Part shown: piece after piece, positions 18,803 to 29,052 of the stretch | Numbering within the stretch: position 1 is the first letter of the stretch | How the letters are laid out: each line of letters opens with the position of its first letter | NCBI GenBank assembly: GCA_943356675.1 | Contig: CALRFQ010000002.1 | Coordinates: 1,433-65,432 of the forward strand | DNA: 64,000 nucleotides | Source of the DNA: Candidatus Nomurabacteria bacterium | GTDB lineage: Bacteria; Patescibacteriota; Minisyncoccia; Phycocordibacterales; UBA9973 | Reading direction: 5' to 3' | Program-made: the position numbers and the translations under genes | The notes under the pieces: generated by a model | The model's database searches: none | The model's input: only the letters and a program-made list of their open reading frames with translations | What the model was told of the DNA's origin: nothing

Positions 18803-19633
18803 ATGTCAGAAATTCAAAAAAAGGAAAATGATAACAGTGAGTTGTCATCCCAAAATCAAGCAGAAATCATTACTGTTCAGAAATTACAATCACCAACTTT
18901 TTTAAAAAAAATGTTGCATGAGTTAATTGAGATCATTAACAAAAGAAAAGTTACCGTAAGCGACATTGTCGTTTACACTAGAATTAAGCATCAAGAAGTA
19001 ATAGATGCAGTATCTATTGCAATCTCCGAAGCTGATGCTGAGACTGCCGCTTCTTTATTTAACTACTTGGATCACATGTTTAAAAGTGAGGTTCTTGTAA
19101 AGGATGGAACAGATTTAAATGTATCCGTCTTTAATAAAGTCGAGGAATTGTACCCGAGCGAACTACCGAAGTATTTTATGTACCACTACAAAAAAGTAGT
19201 ACAAAGTTTGTACACTTTTAAGTTTACTGAAATTTCTGGTGAATTTATTGAAAATTTCGTAAATTTTGTTAACCAGATGCCTGTACTTATCCGAAAGGAT
19301 ATCTTTAAGGAAATGAATATTAAAATGATCTATCTAATTGCAGTTTTTGAAATTAGCTGGGTCAACGGTGGAAACAAATCTGAAGAACAAGAATTATACA
19401 ATTTAATTCGTGGTCATCATATTATTCCAATCGATTTTAATTTTTTATTCCTGTTGCAGGAGATTGCTCCTGATAGATATGATGAACTTTGCCGAGAGCT
19501 CTTAAACAGCGATTGGGAATTTTTACGCAATATCTTCTATGAGGGACATGGTTTCGAAGAGTATAACGAAGCTATGGGTTCATTCGACAAAGATTCAAGT
19601 TCTGGTTCAATGGGTGAAATATTTACTAAATAA
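18803..19633 (+). CDS. hypothetical protein (276 aa), AT-rich
   Basis: ORF only. Predicted largely helical, with no motifs I recognise. Confidence 0.45.
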   Translation: MSEIQKKENDNSELSSQNQAEIITVQKLQSPTFLKKMLHELIEIINKRKVTVSDIVVYTRIKHQEVIDAVSIAISEADAETAASLFNYLDHMFKSEVLVKDGTDLNVSVFNKVEELYPSELPKYFMYHYKKVVQSLYTFKFTEISGEFIENFVNFVNQMPVLIRKDIFKEMNIKMIYLIAVFEISWVNGGNKSEEQELYNLIRGHHIIPIDFNFLFLLQEIAPDRYDELCRELLNSDWEFLRNIFYEGHGFEEYNEAMGSFDKDSSSGSMGEIFTK

Positions 19634-19640
19634 GCCGAAC

Positions 19641-21230
19641 ATGGAAGAGTTAAAAGAAAATACCGATAACTTTGCCTTAGAGAAGTATGTGTCTCAGGGT
19701 GTAGTTAATGTTGACGCTTATATATTGCATGCAAATTTATTATATAAGCGATTCTACTCTATCTTTGAAAAGAACACTCCAGGTGCACATTTAAGCAGAT
19801 TGGTAGCTGATCGAGACAAGGATATTCAAAAAAATCTCCGTTCGTTTATACTATTAGTACTTCAGTGTTCGATTGAGAATAAAATTGAGTTTACTAGTAT
19901 TACAGATATAAAGGAATGCCGAGGTATGCTTCGTAAATATAGTGGACTTGAAGATTTGCAAAAATATCTTCAGGAAGTTAAATCTAATTTGCAAAGAGAA
20001 AAATTGATACTGCTATCAAAGGTAAAATATTCCGTAAAAAGATTATGGGAATACCCAGAGAGCTATGATCGAATAGAGTATAAAGATAATCATTTTTCGA
20101 ACATGAAGGAAATCGTAAACGATATTACCATGTGGGTAAAAATTGTACGACATCTTTGTGAGTTTGGAAATGAAATCCTTATGAAGAAATTCATGCAAGA
20201 AAAAGTTGAATTTTCAAAAAGACATCTAAAAAAGGATAAGGTATTGTCTGCATTTATTATCAGTTCTATTATAGGAGAAGTTAAAGAGGTCCTTGATATT
20301 GATGATATTAAATTAATCTTGAATAAGGTTAGGGATAATCCCAAATGGAGTGATGATATTGAAAACCAGATCCATAATCTTTTAGGAAATTCATTTTCTG
20401 AGATTAATTTTTCAAGCATGATATCTTTCAAAGAATTAATACACTATTTAAACACAACCTATATACCTTCTTTCCTTCTAGGTAGGACTGATATATCAAA
20501 AGCTATTCATACCCAAATTAAGAATTTGGTAAATGCGTATAATTTAGCATTCCAAGTTTCAGTGAGATCCAAGGTTGGTTCGACAGATACTATGTCCTAC
20601 ATAAAGATTTCAGAGGATATGAATGTACTAGTTGAACGTCAATCGTGTGAAATATTCTTGAGGATGTATAATACAGATCCAATGCTGTTGCTGCATTTGA
20701 ATGAAACTCAAATCTATCGCTTGCTCTCATTTATTAGATTACATAACGTACTGGATGAAAATGAAGTAAAAAGCATTTTTATTAAAAGTCATAGAAAAGC
20801 CGATTTTGAAAAGGTTTTTGCAACTCTTAATGAGATAAAAGATTATTCTAGTTTTGTAGGTTTCCTATCAATGCAAAGAAATTTATCTATCCTTAAGGAT
20901 GTTAACAATTTCAAAAATGACAAAGTTGAAATTCAGGCTGGTATAAATGGTAATGTTTTTATTCACAGTGACCAAGTTACTGGAATTTTAAAACAGCTAA
21001 CAACATTGATGGCTATGGGTATGAAGGAAAAAGATTATTACAATCTTATCTTAAATATCTATTCTGAGTATAATTCTCTTCTGGAACCTGATGATGAATT
21101 AATGTACTTTTTATTCTTCTATAATAAACTCAAAAAAAAGAAGAATCTACCTAAAAAAGTATTAGATTTTGTTAAAAAACAAATCTGGTACGAATTATTT
21201 ATGGATGATATAAATCTTATCCTTAGATAA
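19641..21230 (+). CDS. hypothetical protein (about 530 aa), AT-rich
   Basis: Start chosen at MEELKEN (19641), just after the stop of the preceding gene; the ORF-track start 19539 overlaps that gene in another frame. No recognisable motifs. Confidence 0.45.
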   Translation: MEELKENTDNFALEKYVSQGVVNVDAYILHANLLYKRFYSIFEKNTPGAHLSRLVADRDKDIQKNLRSFILLVLQCSIENKIEFTSITDIKECRGMLRKYSGLEDLQKYLQEVKSNLQREKLILLSKVKYSVKRLWEYPESYDRIEYKDNHFSNMKEIVNDITMWVKIVRHLCEFGNEILMKKFMQEKVEFSKRHLKKDKVLSAFIISSIIGEVKEVLDIDDIKLILNKVRDNPKWSDDIENQIHNLLGNSFSEINFSSMISFKELIHYLNTTYIPSFLLGRTDISKAIHTQIKNLVNAYNLAFQVSVRSKVGSTDTMSYIKISEDMNVLVERQSCEIFLRMYNTDPMLLLHLNETQIYRLLSFIRLHNVLDENEVKSIFIKSHRKADFEKVFATLNEIKDYSSFVGFLSMQRNLSILKDVNNFKNDKVEIQAGINGNVFIHSDQVTGILKQLTTLMAMGMKEKDYYNLILNIYSEYNSLLEPDDELMYFLFFYNKLKKKKNLPKKVLDFVKKQIWYELFMDDINLILR

Positions 21231-21235
21231 AATCT

Positions 21236-21273
21236 TCAAAAAAGGCTGTCGTTTTATCGACAGCCTTTTTTTA
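21236..21273. terminator. bidirectional rho-independent terminator
   Basis: aaaaaggctgtcg-ttttat-cgacagcc followed by a T7 run, between convergent genes. Confidence 0.65.
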
Positions 21274-22002
21274 TTGCAATTTTCCTAAATGATATTTGAG
21301 TGTGTAAATCCAGTCTTCGTCGCCGGGTTCGTTGGTTTCCTTCGTATTTAGGAACCATTCGAGGTATCCGCGGTCAGCTTGGGCTACTTCCGACACAGTC
21401 TTCCCAGAATGCTTGCCGAAAGAGAATTTGTACATAAGTGATGGGCGAGAGGAGATGTCGAGCATGTGTTTAATGGCTTCACTATCATCGAAATTATTTT
21501 CTTCTTTAATTTTATTCATTAATCTTTCGAAAAGCTTTTCGAGTACGAGCACATCACCAAGTGCGTCGTGAGCTTGCGCCTCTATTTCAATATCTAAAAA
21601 GTAGCGTAGAAATTGGAGTTTGTGCTGGGGGAGTTTGTTCTCTTTATCAAGAGCTCTTGCTACACGTAGTGTACATATCACATTCTTCGGCTTTATTCCT
21701 TCACGCTCAATCATTCCCACATCAAACTTCGCATTGTGCGCAATCATTATGCTCTCCATATCTTCAAGCATTTCTTTAAGAAGAGGGTAGTCCTTACTCT
21801 CTTTAAATGCTGGTTTTCCTTCCACTATTTTATTTGATATATGAGTCACCGCGCTTGCTTCTGCTGGAATCCTGATTGGTGGCTTGTAAAGTTCGCAGAA
21901 TATTTCATCGCCAGATTTGTATGCCAATTGGCAAAGGAAGTCAGTATCATTTACACCTGTCGTTTCAGTATCTAAAAATATAAGTTTCTTCTCTTTATTC
22001 AT
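21271..22002 (-). CDS. DnaQ-like 3'-5' exonuclease (DEDDh family) with ExoX-like C-terminal extension
   Basis: Exo I motif LIFLDTETTG, Exo II HNAKFD and Exo III HDALGD. On the minus strand a TGCTAAAAT -10 sits 6 nt before the ATG. Confidence 0.75.
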   Translation of the reverse strand: MNKEKKLIFLDTETTGVNDTDFLCQLAYKSGDEIFCELYKPPIRIPAEASAVTHISNKIVEGKPAFKESKDYPLLKEMLEDMESIMIAHNAKFDVGMIEREGIKPKNVICTLRVARALDKENKLPQHKLQFLRYFLDIEIEAQAHDALGDVLVLEKLFERLMNKIKEENNFDDSEAIKHMLDISSRPSLMYKFSFGKHSGKTVSEVAQADRGYLEWFLNTKETNEPGDEDWIYTLKYHLGKLQ

Positions 22003-22038
22003 ATGGATATTTTAGCATATATTTGTTATAATAAAACC

Positions 22039-22494
22039 ATGTCATTACATGAAGATATAAAAAATGGAATAAAGGATGCTATGAAGGCCAAGGACGCTGT
22101 CCGCCTTGAGGTTATGCGTGGATTATCAACTGCATTTATGAATGAGCTTGTGGCTACTGGTCACACACCTCAAGAAATGCTGTCCGATGAGGACTGCCTC
22201 AAAGTCATTACTCGCACTGCGAAACAAAGAAAGGATGCCATTGAGCAATTCTTAGCTGGTGGCCGCCAAGATTTGGCAGATGAAGACACTGCTCAGCTCA
22301 AAGTTCTCGAAGTATATTTACCTAAACTTATGGAGAAGGATGAAGTGGTAAAAGTCGTGAAGGAAATATTGGCCAAATCTGGTGCTATAGATCCTACGAA
22401 GAAGGGAATGTTTATGAAAGAGGTTATGATGGAGCTTAAAGGCAAAGCCGATGGTGCTATGGTGAAAATAGTAGTCGATGAAGTTTTTGTTTAA
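22039..22494 (+). CDS. GatB/YqeY domain protein
   Basis: Start at MSLHEDIKNGIKDAMKAKD, typical of YqeY. TGTTATAAT at 22024-22032 lies 6 nt upstream (leaderless-type). Confidence 0.8.
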   Translation: MSLHEDIKNGIKDAMKAKDAVRLEVMRGLSTAFMNELVATGHTPQEMLSDEDCLKVITRTAKQRKDAIEQFLAGGRQDLADEDTAQLKVLEVYLPKLMEKDEVVKVVKEILAKSGAIDPTKKGMFMKEVMMELKGKADGAMVKIVVDEVFV

Positions 22495-22517
22495 TTTATT
22501 AATTAATTTTAATTAAG

Positions 22518-22865
22518 ATGAAAATAATTTTACATTGGATAATTCTTTCAGTTGCGATTTGGGGAACTACACGTCTCGTAGGTGGTATCACTGTGGACCC
22601 TGTATGGGTAGCACTCATAGTGGGAGCATGTCTCACACTATTTAATATGTTCCTAAAGCCTATTATCAATATCCTCACAATGCCGCTCAATATAATCACT
22701 CTCGGATTGTTCTCACTCATTGTAAATGGTGCAGTGCTTTGGTACTTGGGTAACGGAGTGATAAATGGATTCTCTGTAAAGACATTCACAGCTGCAGTAG
22801 TAGGAGCACTCATCGTGTCACTTCTAAACTGGCTCATCACAAAAGTATTTCGTTTCGATCTGTAG
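22518..22865 (+). CDS. small 4-TM membrane protein (phage-holin-4_2 / YvlD-like family)
   Basis: Four hydrophobic segments with a glycine-rich pattern typical of this family. Confidence 0.5.
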   Translation: MKIILHWIILSVAIWGTTRLVGGITVDPVWVALIVGACLTLFNMFLKPIINILTMPLNIITLGLFSLIVNGAVLWYLGNGVINGFSVKTFTAAVVGALIVSLLNWLITKVFRFDL

Positions 22866-22868
22866 TCT

Positions 22869-23492
22869 ATGAATATCACAATTAATCTTCTTAAACATTT
22901 TGTCGAAATGTATGCAATTGGTGCATACGTTTTGATTTTCCTCGGCGTAATTATTGAAGGGGAAGTTGTTGTGATTCTAGCAGGAATATTTGCGCATCTT
23001 GGTTCCATAAACATTTTCTTTGCATTCATTGCCACAATCCTCGGTGGATTCACGAAGTCCACTCTTGGTTATACTGCCGGATACTACCTCGAGAAGCATC
23101 ATTCGAAGCGCACATTCATCCAGCGCACAGAAAGTAAGATCGCGTATTTCCTACCGAAGTTCAAAGAGAAGCCATTTTGGTCCATATTTATATCTCGCTT
23201 TTTTATTCTTGGGCTCAATTGGTTCACACTTATATATTCTGGTTACAAGAAAATAAACTTAAGGACTTATATAAATGCTGAAGCATGCTCACTATTCCTC
23301 TGGTCTATAATTATGCTCGCCTTAGGATACATTTTCAGCTACACAGCACTCTCTGTCGGCCGTGATGTGAGGAAGTTCCTAGGGTTACTCGTGCTTTTCT
23401 TCATTGCATTCTTTATTCTAGAGAGAATAGTATCTTTTATTTTAGAAATTTTAACAGGAGTCGGCGAAGAAAGTAATATAGAGCAAAAATAA
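22869..23492 (+). CDS. DedA/VTT-family membrane protein
   Basis: DedA core (VILAGIFAHLG...GGFTKSTLGY) with multiple TM helices. Confidence 0.7.
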   Translation: MNITINLLKHFVEMYAIGAYVLIFLGVIIEGEVVVILAGIFAHLGSINIFFAFIATILGGFTKSTLGYTAGYYLEKHHSKRTFIQRTESKIAYFLPKFKEKPFWSIFISRFFILGLNWFTLIYSGYKKINLRTYINAEACSLFLWSIIMLALGYIFSYTALSVGRDVRKFLGLLVLFFIAFFILERIVSFILEILTGVGEESNIEQK

Positions 23493-23494
23493 TT

Positions 23495-24385
23495 ATGAAT
23501 ATTTTCAAAAAGAAAAAGTTATTGGTCACTCACAACGGCACATTCCATGCTGATGATATTTTCGCGACGGCTGCTCTCTCACTTCTGCTTGATGGCAATA
23601 TGAAGGTAGTCCGCACGCGCGATGAGAAAATGTTTGCAAAAGGAGATTTCGTCTACGATGTCGGTGGTGTTTATGACGAGGCGAATAATCGCTTCGATCA
23701 TCATCAGGAAGGTGGTGCAGGAAAGCGTGCAAATGTTGTGCCTTACGCGGCCTTTGGTCTTGTTTGGAAAACATATGGAAAAACAATTTGCGGAGGTAGC
23801 TCTGAAGTAGCAGATGCTATTGAGAATAAATTAGTTGTGCCGATAGATGCAGATGACAATGGCATGAGTCTTTTCAAGCTTACGACAGACTCACCGATCT
23901 ATCTTATTCAGACAATGCTATACACTTTCCGTCCGACATGGAAGGAAGTGCAGGATTACGACACTCCATTTTTCAAATGTGTAGATCTTGCGAAGGAAAT
24001 ACTGAAAAGAGAGATAATTCGTGCTAGGGATTACTTTTCTGCCCAATCTATAGTAGTATCGATGTATGAGAAGGCTTCTGACAAAAGAGCCATATATATG
24101 GATGGCCAATACCCTTGGAAAGACACGATAGATGGGTACAATGAGCCAATTTATGTAATCTCACCGAAAGATGGCAAATGGCGAGGTGAATGTGTCCGCA
24201 AGGAGAAATATTCATATGAGAATCGCAAGTCATTCCCAGAATCATGGGCAGGCAAGAGAGATGGAGCACTCGAAGAAGTGACTGGTGTGAAAGGTGCATC
24301 ATTTTGCCACAACGGGAGATTCCTAGTAGTCGCGAATAGTAAAGAAGCAATCGATAAATTAATAGAACTAGCGCTAAAGAATTAA
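23495..24385 (+). CDS. MYG1/UPF0160-family metal-dependent hydrolase
   Basis: THNGTFHADD, VRTRD, VYDVGGVYD and RFDHHQ motifs match the MYG1 family. Confidence 0.7.
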   Translation: MNIFKKKKLLVTHNGTFHADDIFATAALSLLLDGNMKVVRTRDEKMFAKGDFVYDVGGVYDEANNRFDHHQEGGAGKRANVVPYAAFGLVWKTYGKTICGGSSEVADAIENKLVVPIDADDNGMSLFKLTTDSPIYLIQTMLYTFRPTWKEVQDYDTPFFKCVDLAKEILKREIIRARDYFSAQSIVVSMYEKASDKRAIYMDGQYPWKDTIDGYNEPIYVISPKDGKWRGECVRKEKYSYENRKSFPESWAGKRDGALEEVTGVKGASFCHNGRFLVVANSKEAIDKLIELALKN

Positions 24386-24388
24386 AAA

Positions 24389-25378
24389 ATGTTTATAGAT
24401 GAAATAAAATTAAATGGTAAAGCAGGTCGCGGTGGCGATGGTGTAGTGCGTTGGCGCCGTGAGAAGTTTATCGACAAAGGTGGACCAAATGGTGGCGACG
24501 GAGGTCGCGGTGGTAGTATGTTTGCAGTTGCTGTTCAAGACATAAACCTACTTTCAAAATATAAAAATAAAAAAGAATTTGAAGCAGGCGATGGTGAGCC
24601 GGGTGCAGGAGGAAGCCGTCATGGAAAAGATGGAAAGGATTTGATATTGGAATTACCAGTCGGTTCAATTATTACAAACAGAGAAAATGGTGCATCGGTC
24701 GAGCTTACGAAAATCGGCCAGAAAGAATTACTCCTTAAGGGTGGAGTAGGTGGCTATGGCAACGAGCAATTCAAGAGTTCTATAAACACTACTCCAACTA
24801 CAGCTACAAAAGGAAAATTCGGCGAACAAGGAAATTTTAAAATTGAACTTCATCTTTTTGCAGATATTGGTCTTGTGGGTCTTCCTAATGCTGGCAAAAG
24901 TTCACTATTAAATGAAATAACCCATGCTCGAGCAAAAATCGGTAGCTATCAATTCACCACACTCGATCCAAACCTTGGAGATTTTTATAAATTCATCATT
25001 GCCGACATTCCAGGACTTATTGAAGGCGCAAGTGAAGGTAAAGGGCTTGGAACTAAATTCCTCCGCCACATTACTCGCACGAAAATGCTTGCGCACTTAG
25101 TGTCATTTGAGAATGGAAAAGATGGAGAAGATATGATGAAGGTTTACAAAGAAATTCGTAATGAATTAAAATCATATGGCGACGGCCTCGATGATAAAGA
25201 CGAGATTATCGTACTTACAAAGACTGATGTTATTGAAGATAAAAAGATTATCGAGAAAAGATTGAAAGAATTTACGAAGCTTAAGAAACCTGTATTTGTT
25301 ATATCTATATTAGATGATGCTTCGGTAAAAGATTTTATGGATGAGCTTGTGAAGCTTTTGCGTATACAAGATAAATAA
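24389..25378 (+). CDS. obg: GTPase Obg
   Basis: Glycine-rich Obg fold (AGRGGDGVVRWRREKF..GGPNGGDGGRGGS) followed by GTPase motifs GLPNAGKSS, DIPG and TKTD. Confidence 0.9.
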   Translation: MFIDEIKLNGKAGRGGDGVVRWRREKFIDKGGPNGGDGGRGGSMFAVAVQDINLLSKYKNKKEFEAGDGEPGAGGSRHGKDGKDLILELPVGSIITNRENGASVELTKIGQKELLLKGGVGGYGNEQFKSSINTTPTTATKGKFGEQGNFKIELHLFADIGLVGLPNAGKSSLLNEITHARAKIGSYQFTTLDPNLGDFYKFIIADIPGLIEGASEGKGLGTKFLRHITRTKMLAHLVSFENGKDGEDMMKVYKEIRNELKSYGDGLDDKDEIIVLTKTDVIEDKKIIEKRLKEFTKLKKPVFVISILDDASVKDFMDELVKLLRIQDK

Positions 25379-25392
25379 GATACATTATATAT

Positions 25393-26805
25393 ATGGAGAA
25401 GAAGTACTACACTACAATAGGATTGGAAATTCACGCGGAGCTCAACACTCTAAGTAAAATGTTTTGTGGTTGCAAGAACGATCCTGAAGAAGAGAGACCA
25501 AACTACAATATCTGCCCAGTGTGCATGGCGCACCCTGGCACACTTCCTGTACCTAATAAAAAGGCGATGGAGAGTGTGGTCCGCGTGGGTATGGCTCTCG
25601 GTGGCGAAGTTGCAGACTTTACAGAATTCGACAGAAAGAATTATTTCTATCCAGATATTCCGAAAGCTTATCAGATCTCTCAGCTCAAATATCCAATAGT
25701 GAAAGGTGGCAAACTTGCCGGTGTCGATGTGACTCGCGTGCACCTCGAGGAGGATACTGCCACATCATCTCACAAAGCTGGTGCTTCACTTGTGAACTTC
25801 AATCGTGCTGGTGTGCCACTCATGGAGCTTGTGACTGAGCCAGTCATTCACGACACAGATACACTTGTGAAATTCGCGAAGGAACTTCAGCTCGTGCTCC
25901 GCTACCTCGGAGTGTCTGATGCCAATATGGAGAAAGGTCAGATGCGCGTGGAAGTGAATATTTCAGTGTCTCCCGATAAAGATAAACTCGGTGTGCCAGT
26001 AGAGGTGAAGAACATTGCATCATTCCGCTCAGCCGAGAAAGCAGCCCTTTTTGAAGAGAAGAGAATGATTGCACTTTGGGAAGAAGGCAAAGAAAGTGAA
26101 ATTGTGAAGGAAACTCGCGGATGGGATGATGACAAGAACAAGACTTTCTCTCAGCGTACAAAAGAAACTGCCGAGGATTATCGCTACTTACCAGATCCAG
26201 ATCTTTCTAAGTTTTATCTTTCAAAAGTATTTGATATGGATGCTTTAAAGAATACTATCCCAGAACTTCCAGAGGATAAGCGAGTGCGTTATGCAAATGA
26301 TTATGGAATAAAAGCTGAAGATATCGAAAGCTACGTGACCGACATTGAGCTTGGTGGTTACTTCGAAAATGTTGCGAAGATTTTAAATAATAAGGATGCT
26401 ATTAAGACGGCATCAAACTACATCACTTCAGATTACCTAGGTCTCAAGAAAGCAAATGTTAATATAAAGTTGCCAAGTGCAGAGAATTTCGCCGAGCTTA
26501 TAAGCATGGCAGTAGAAGGCAATATTAACTCTCGCTCTGCGAAAGACATCCTTGCTATGATTGTAACTCTAGACGCAAGCCCAATGAAAATTGCGACAGA
26601 GAAAGATATGCTCCAGAAGAACGATGAAGGCGCGCTCAAGGCAATGGTAGAGATGGTGATTGATCGGAATCCTGAAGTTGTGGCAACTTTCAAAGGTGGT
26701 AAAGACAATGCTCTTATGTCACTCGTGGGTCAGATTATGAAAGAATCTAAAGGCTCTGCAAACCCAGCCATGGTGCAGAAATTGCTTCGAGAGCTCCTCG
26801 CTTAA
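25393..26805 (+). CDS. gatB: Asp/Glu-tRNA amidotransferase subunit B
   Basis: IGLEIHAELNT, CGC...CPVCMAHPGTLPV, and C-terminal GatB/YqeY domain. Confidence 0.9.
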   Translation: MEKKYYTTIGLEIHAELNTLSKMFCGCKNDPEEERPNYNICPVCMAHPGTLPVPNKKAMESVVRVGMALGGEVADFTEFDRKNYFYPDIPKAYQISQLKYPIVKGGKLAGVDVTRVHLEEDTATSSHKAGASLVNFNRAGVPLMELVTEPVIHDTDTLVKFAKELQLVLRYLGVSDANMEKGQMRVEVNISVSPDKDKLGVPVEVKNIASFRSAEKAALFEEKRMIALWEEGKESEIVKETRGWDDDKNKTFSQRTKETAEDYRYLPDPDLSKFYLSKVFDMDALKNTIPELPEDKRVRYANDYGIKAEDIESYVTDIELGGYFENVAKILNNKDAIKTASNYITSDYLGLKKANVNIKLPSAENFAELISMAVEGNINSRSAKDILAMIVTLDASPMKIATEKDMLQKNDEGALKAMVEMVIDRNPEVVATFKGGKDNALMSLVGQIMKESKGSANPAMVQKLLRELLA

Positions 26806-26906
26806 ATATAGATATTATATTTTTGGCGCAAGAACAGTTCTTGCGCCAATTACTTGTGCACAGGTCACCCTGTGTATTTTCCTTTTTAAGCGTATAATGT
26901 ATATAT

Positions 26907-27140
26907 ATGGAAACTAAAATAAAAGCAGGTCAAATTTATAAGCATTACAAAGGGGATAGTTATAAAATTATTTCATTAGCAAAAAGTAGTGAGACAGAAG
27001 AATGGATGGTGGTATATGAGCGCATTACAGACATCACTCATAATGGATGGAAGGTTTGGGCACGGCCGCTCGCAATGTTTTTAGATCATATAGATAAGTC
27101 AGATTATAAAGGCCCAAGATTTGAGTATATTAGTGAGTAG
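26907..27140 (+). CDS. DUF1653-family small protein
   Basis: YKHYKGDSYKI...WVRPLAMF pattern. GCGTATAATGT -10 lies 8 nt upstream. Confidence 0.6.
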   Translation: METKIKAGQIYKHYKGDSYKIISLAKSSETEEWMVVYERITDITHNGWKVWARPLAMFLDHIDKSDYKGPRFEYISE

Positions 27141-27156
27141 ATGATATAATAAAAAT

Positions 27157-28200
27157 ATGAAATTATTTAAATCCAAAGAAGAACAAAAAAAGGTTCGGGT
27201 TGCTATTAACGGTTTCGGTCGTATTGGCAGAGCATTTCTCAAGATTGCTTGGGATCGCCCTGAGATAGAGATAGTCGCAGTGAACGACCTCGGCTCACTA
27301 GAATCACTTGCATACTTACTCAAATATGACACAGTGTACCGCACATGGGGCCATGATGTATCCGTTGTAGAAGGCGGGATGACTATAGACGGCAAGCGGG
27401 TGTTGTTCATCGGCGAGAAAGATACCACCAAGCTACCTTGGAAAGATTTGAATATCGATGTAGTCGTGGAGTCCACTGGTCTTTTCACTGCATATGAGAA
27501 AGCTAAATTCCATATTGATCAAGGTGCTCGCAAAGTTGTGATCTCAGCACCAAGTAAAGGTGACGGCTCCGTTCCAGGTGAGATGATCCTTCTCGGTGTG
27601 AATGAAGAGAAATTCGGCACATGCGACATAACTTCAAACGCTTCTTGTACTACAAATGCAACGAGCCCACTCATCGGAATACTCGATGAAGCTATAGGAA
27701 TCGAGAAAGCACTTCTAAATACTACTCATGCATACACAGGCACTCAGGCACTAGTGGATGGCCCTTCAAAGAAGGATCTCCGTGAAGGTCGCGCTGCAGC
27801 TCAGAACATCGTGCCATCTTCCACTGGTGCAGCTATCGCCGTGGGTAAAGTGTATCCAAAGCTAGATGGGCTCTTCGATGGAATTTCTATCCGTGTGCCA
27901 GTGCCAGCAGGATCTATCGTAGATATCACATTTATCGCGAAGCGAAGTACTACAGCCGAGGAAGTGAACGCTATTCTTACGAAAGCCGCAAGTGAAGATC
28001 GTTGGAAAGGAGTCTTTGCGGTTACAAATGTGCCTCTAGTGTCTTCAGATATTCTCGGTGAAAGTCATGCATCTCTCGCAGACCTCGCTATGACTCGCGT
28101 CGTCGGTGGCAATCTCGTGAAGGTTCTCGCTTGGTATGACAACGAAATGGGCTACACCCACACTCTTGTAGAACACGTGATCAAAACTGGAAATAAATAA
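27157..28200 (+). CDS. gap: glyceraldehyde-3-phosphate dehydrogenase
   Basis: VAINGFGRIGR and SNASCTTN catalytic-Cys region. TGATATAAT lies 6 nt upstream of the ATG (leaderless-type). Confidence 0.9.
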   Translation: MKLFKSKEEQKKVRVAINGFGRIGRAFLKIAWDRPEIEIVAVNDLGSLESLAYLLKYDTVYRTWGHDVSVVEGGMTIDGKRVLFIGEKDTTKLPWKDLNIDVVVESTGLFTAYEKAKFHIDQGARKVVISAPSKGDGSVPGEMILLGVNEEKFGTCDITSNASCTTNATSPLIGILDEAIGIEKALLNTTHAYTGTQALVDGPSKKDLREGRAAAQNIVPSSTGAAIAVGKVYPKLDGLFDGISIRVPVPAGSIVDITFIAKRSTTAEEVNAILTKAASEDRWKGVFAVTNVPLVSSDILGESHASLADLAMTRVVGGNLVKVLAWYDNEMGYTHTLVEHVIKTGNK

Positions 28201-28204
28201 AATC

Positions 28205-28816
28205 TTGCAAAGTTTTACTAAAAAAGAAATAGCACTGTTTAAGAAATTAAATACGCCATCGAAGGTGCAGGATTTTCTTAATGGTTTAAATAATAATTTC
28301 GAGCACAATGGTAAGGACACTGTGAAGAGCCCGATAAGAGTAATAAGGGAGGGGAATGCGCACTGCATCGAAGGTGCGATTCTCGGAGCATACATACTCT
28401 CGCTCCATGGGCACAAGCCACTACTAATGCACCTCAAGACCACGAAGGCAGACCTCGAGCATATCATCATGCCATTTAAGGTGGATGGTTTCTGGGGTGC
28501 ACTTTCAAAGACCAATCACGCAGTACTGCGGTATCGCGATCCTATCTACAAGAGTATTCGTGAGCTCGCACTTTCATATTTCCATGAATATTATTTGGAC
28601 TCAGGCGTGAAGACTCTTCGCTCGTATTCAGTGCCACTAAATTTAAATATTTTTAAAGACGACTGGGCAACTTCAGAAGATAACCTTTTCGGTATAGACG
28701 AAGAGCTAGACAGGATCAAGCATTACGACCTCTTTCCGAAGAAGGTTTTGAAGAATCTGCGCAAAGCTGAGAAGATAGAAATAGAAGCAGGCAAACTAAT
28801 ACAATACAAAAAATAA
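28205..28816 (+). CDS. hypothetical protein (203 aa); possible Cys/His hydrolase-like
   Basis: ORF. The EGNAHCIEGAILGAYIL...HGHKP segment hints at a Cys-His catalytic pair, but I cannot assign a family. Confidence 0.35.
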   Translation: MQSFTKKEIALFKKLNTPSKVQDFLNGLNNNFEHNGKDTVKSPIRVIREGNAHCIEGAILGAYILSLHGHKPLLMHLKTTKADLEHIIMPFKVDGFWGALSKTNHAVLRYRDPIYKSIRELALSYFHEYYLDSGVKTLRSYSVPLNLNIFKDDWATSEDNLFGIDEELDRIKHYDLFPKKVLKNLRKAEKIEIEAGKLIQYKK

Positions 28817-28817
28817 A

Positions 28818-28851
28818 CTATTCTCTAATTCGCTCGAATAGGCGAATAGTT
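28818..28851. repeat. 34-bp repeat element C (ctattctctaattcgctcgaataggcgaatagtt), copy 1 of 6
   Basis: Exact or near-exact copies at 47383, 49172, 50517, 51033 and 51389. Confidence 0.8.
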
Positions 28852-28902
28852 CTTTACTTTACATATTTGAGTAGGCGTGTATAATAAGAGTACAACTAAA
28901 TA

Positions 28903-28990
28903 GTTTTATAAAGAGTGGTGGTAGAGAATTGGCTCCATGACCCCACAGCAACCCCGTTTACGGAAGGTGCTAATTCCAACCTTTATTAAC
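28903..28990 (+). promoter_or_regulatory. SAM-I-type riboswitch (SAM-I/IV-like variant without an obvious P4) in the metK leader
   Basis: Matches the SAM-I core: AGAGTGG...GGTAGAG...GGCTCC ATGA CCCC ACAGCAACC ... GGTGCTAATTCC. P1 pairs ATAAAG (about 28908) with CTTTAT (about 28981). It sits directly upstream of metK, with a GTGTATAAT -10 at about 28877-28885. Confidence 0.6.
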
Positions 28991-29052
28991 TTAAAGGAAA
29001 GATAATGTCATTATTTTTCCTTATTATTAGGAAATTTTTTTTGTTTAAATAT

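Noticed and set aside
19539-19640. Upstream extension of the 19641 gene overlapping the 3' end of the previous gene in another frame
   Set aside because: The in-frame Met at 19641 follows the upstream stop by 7 nt, and a 95-nt out-of-frame overlap is unlikely. This could alternatively indicate a frameshifted single gene, but I saw no homopolymer slippage site.
29005-29052. ORF-track N-terminal extension of metK (MSLFFLIIRKFFLFKY)
   Set aside because: The extension is hydrophobic junk that overlaps the riboswitch expression platform. MetK homology begins at MKIKTAEF (29053).
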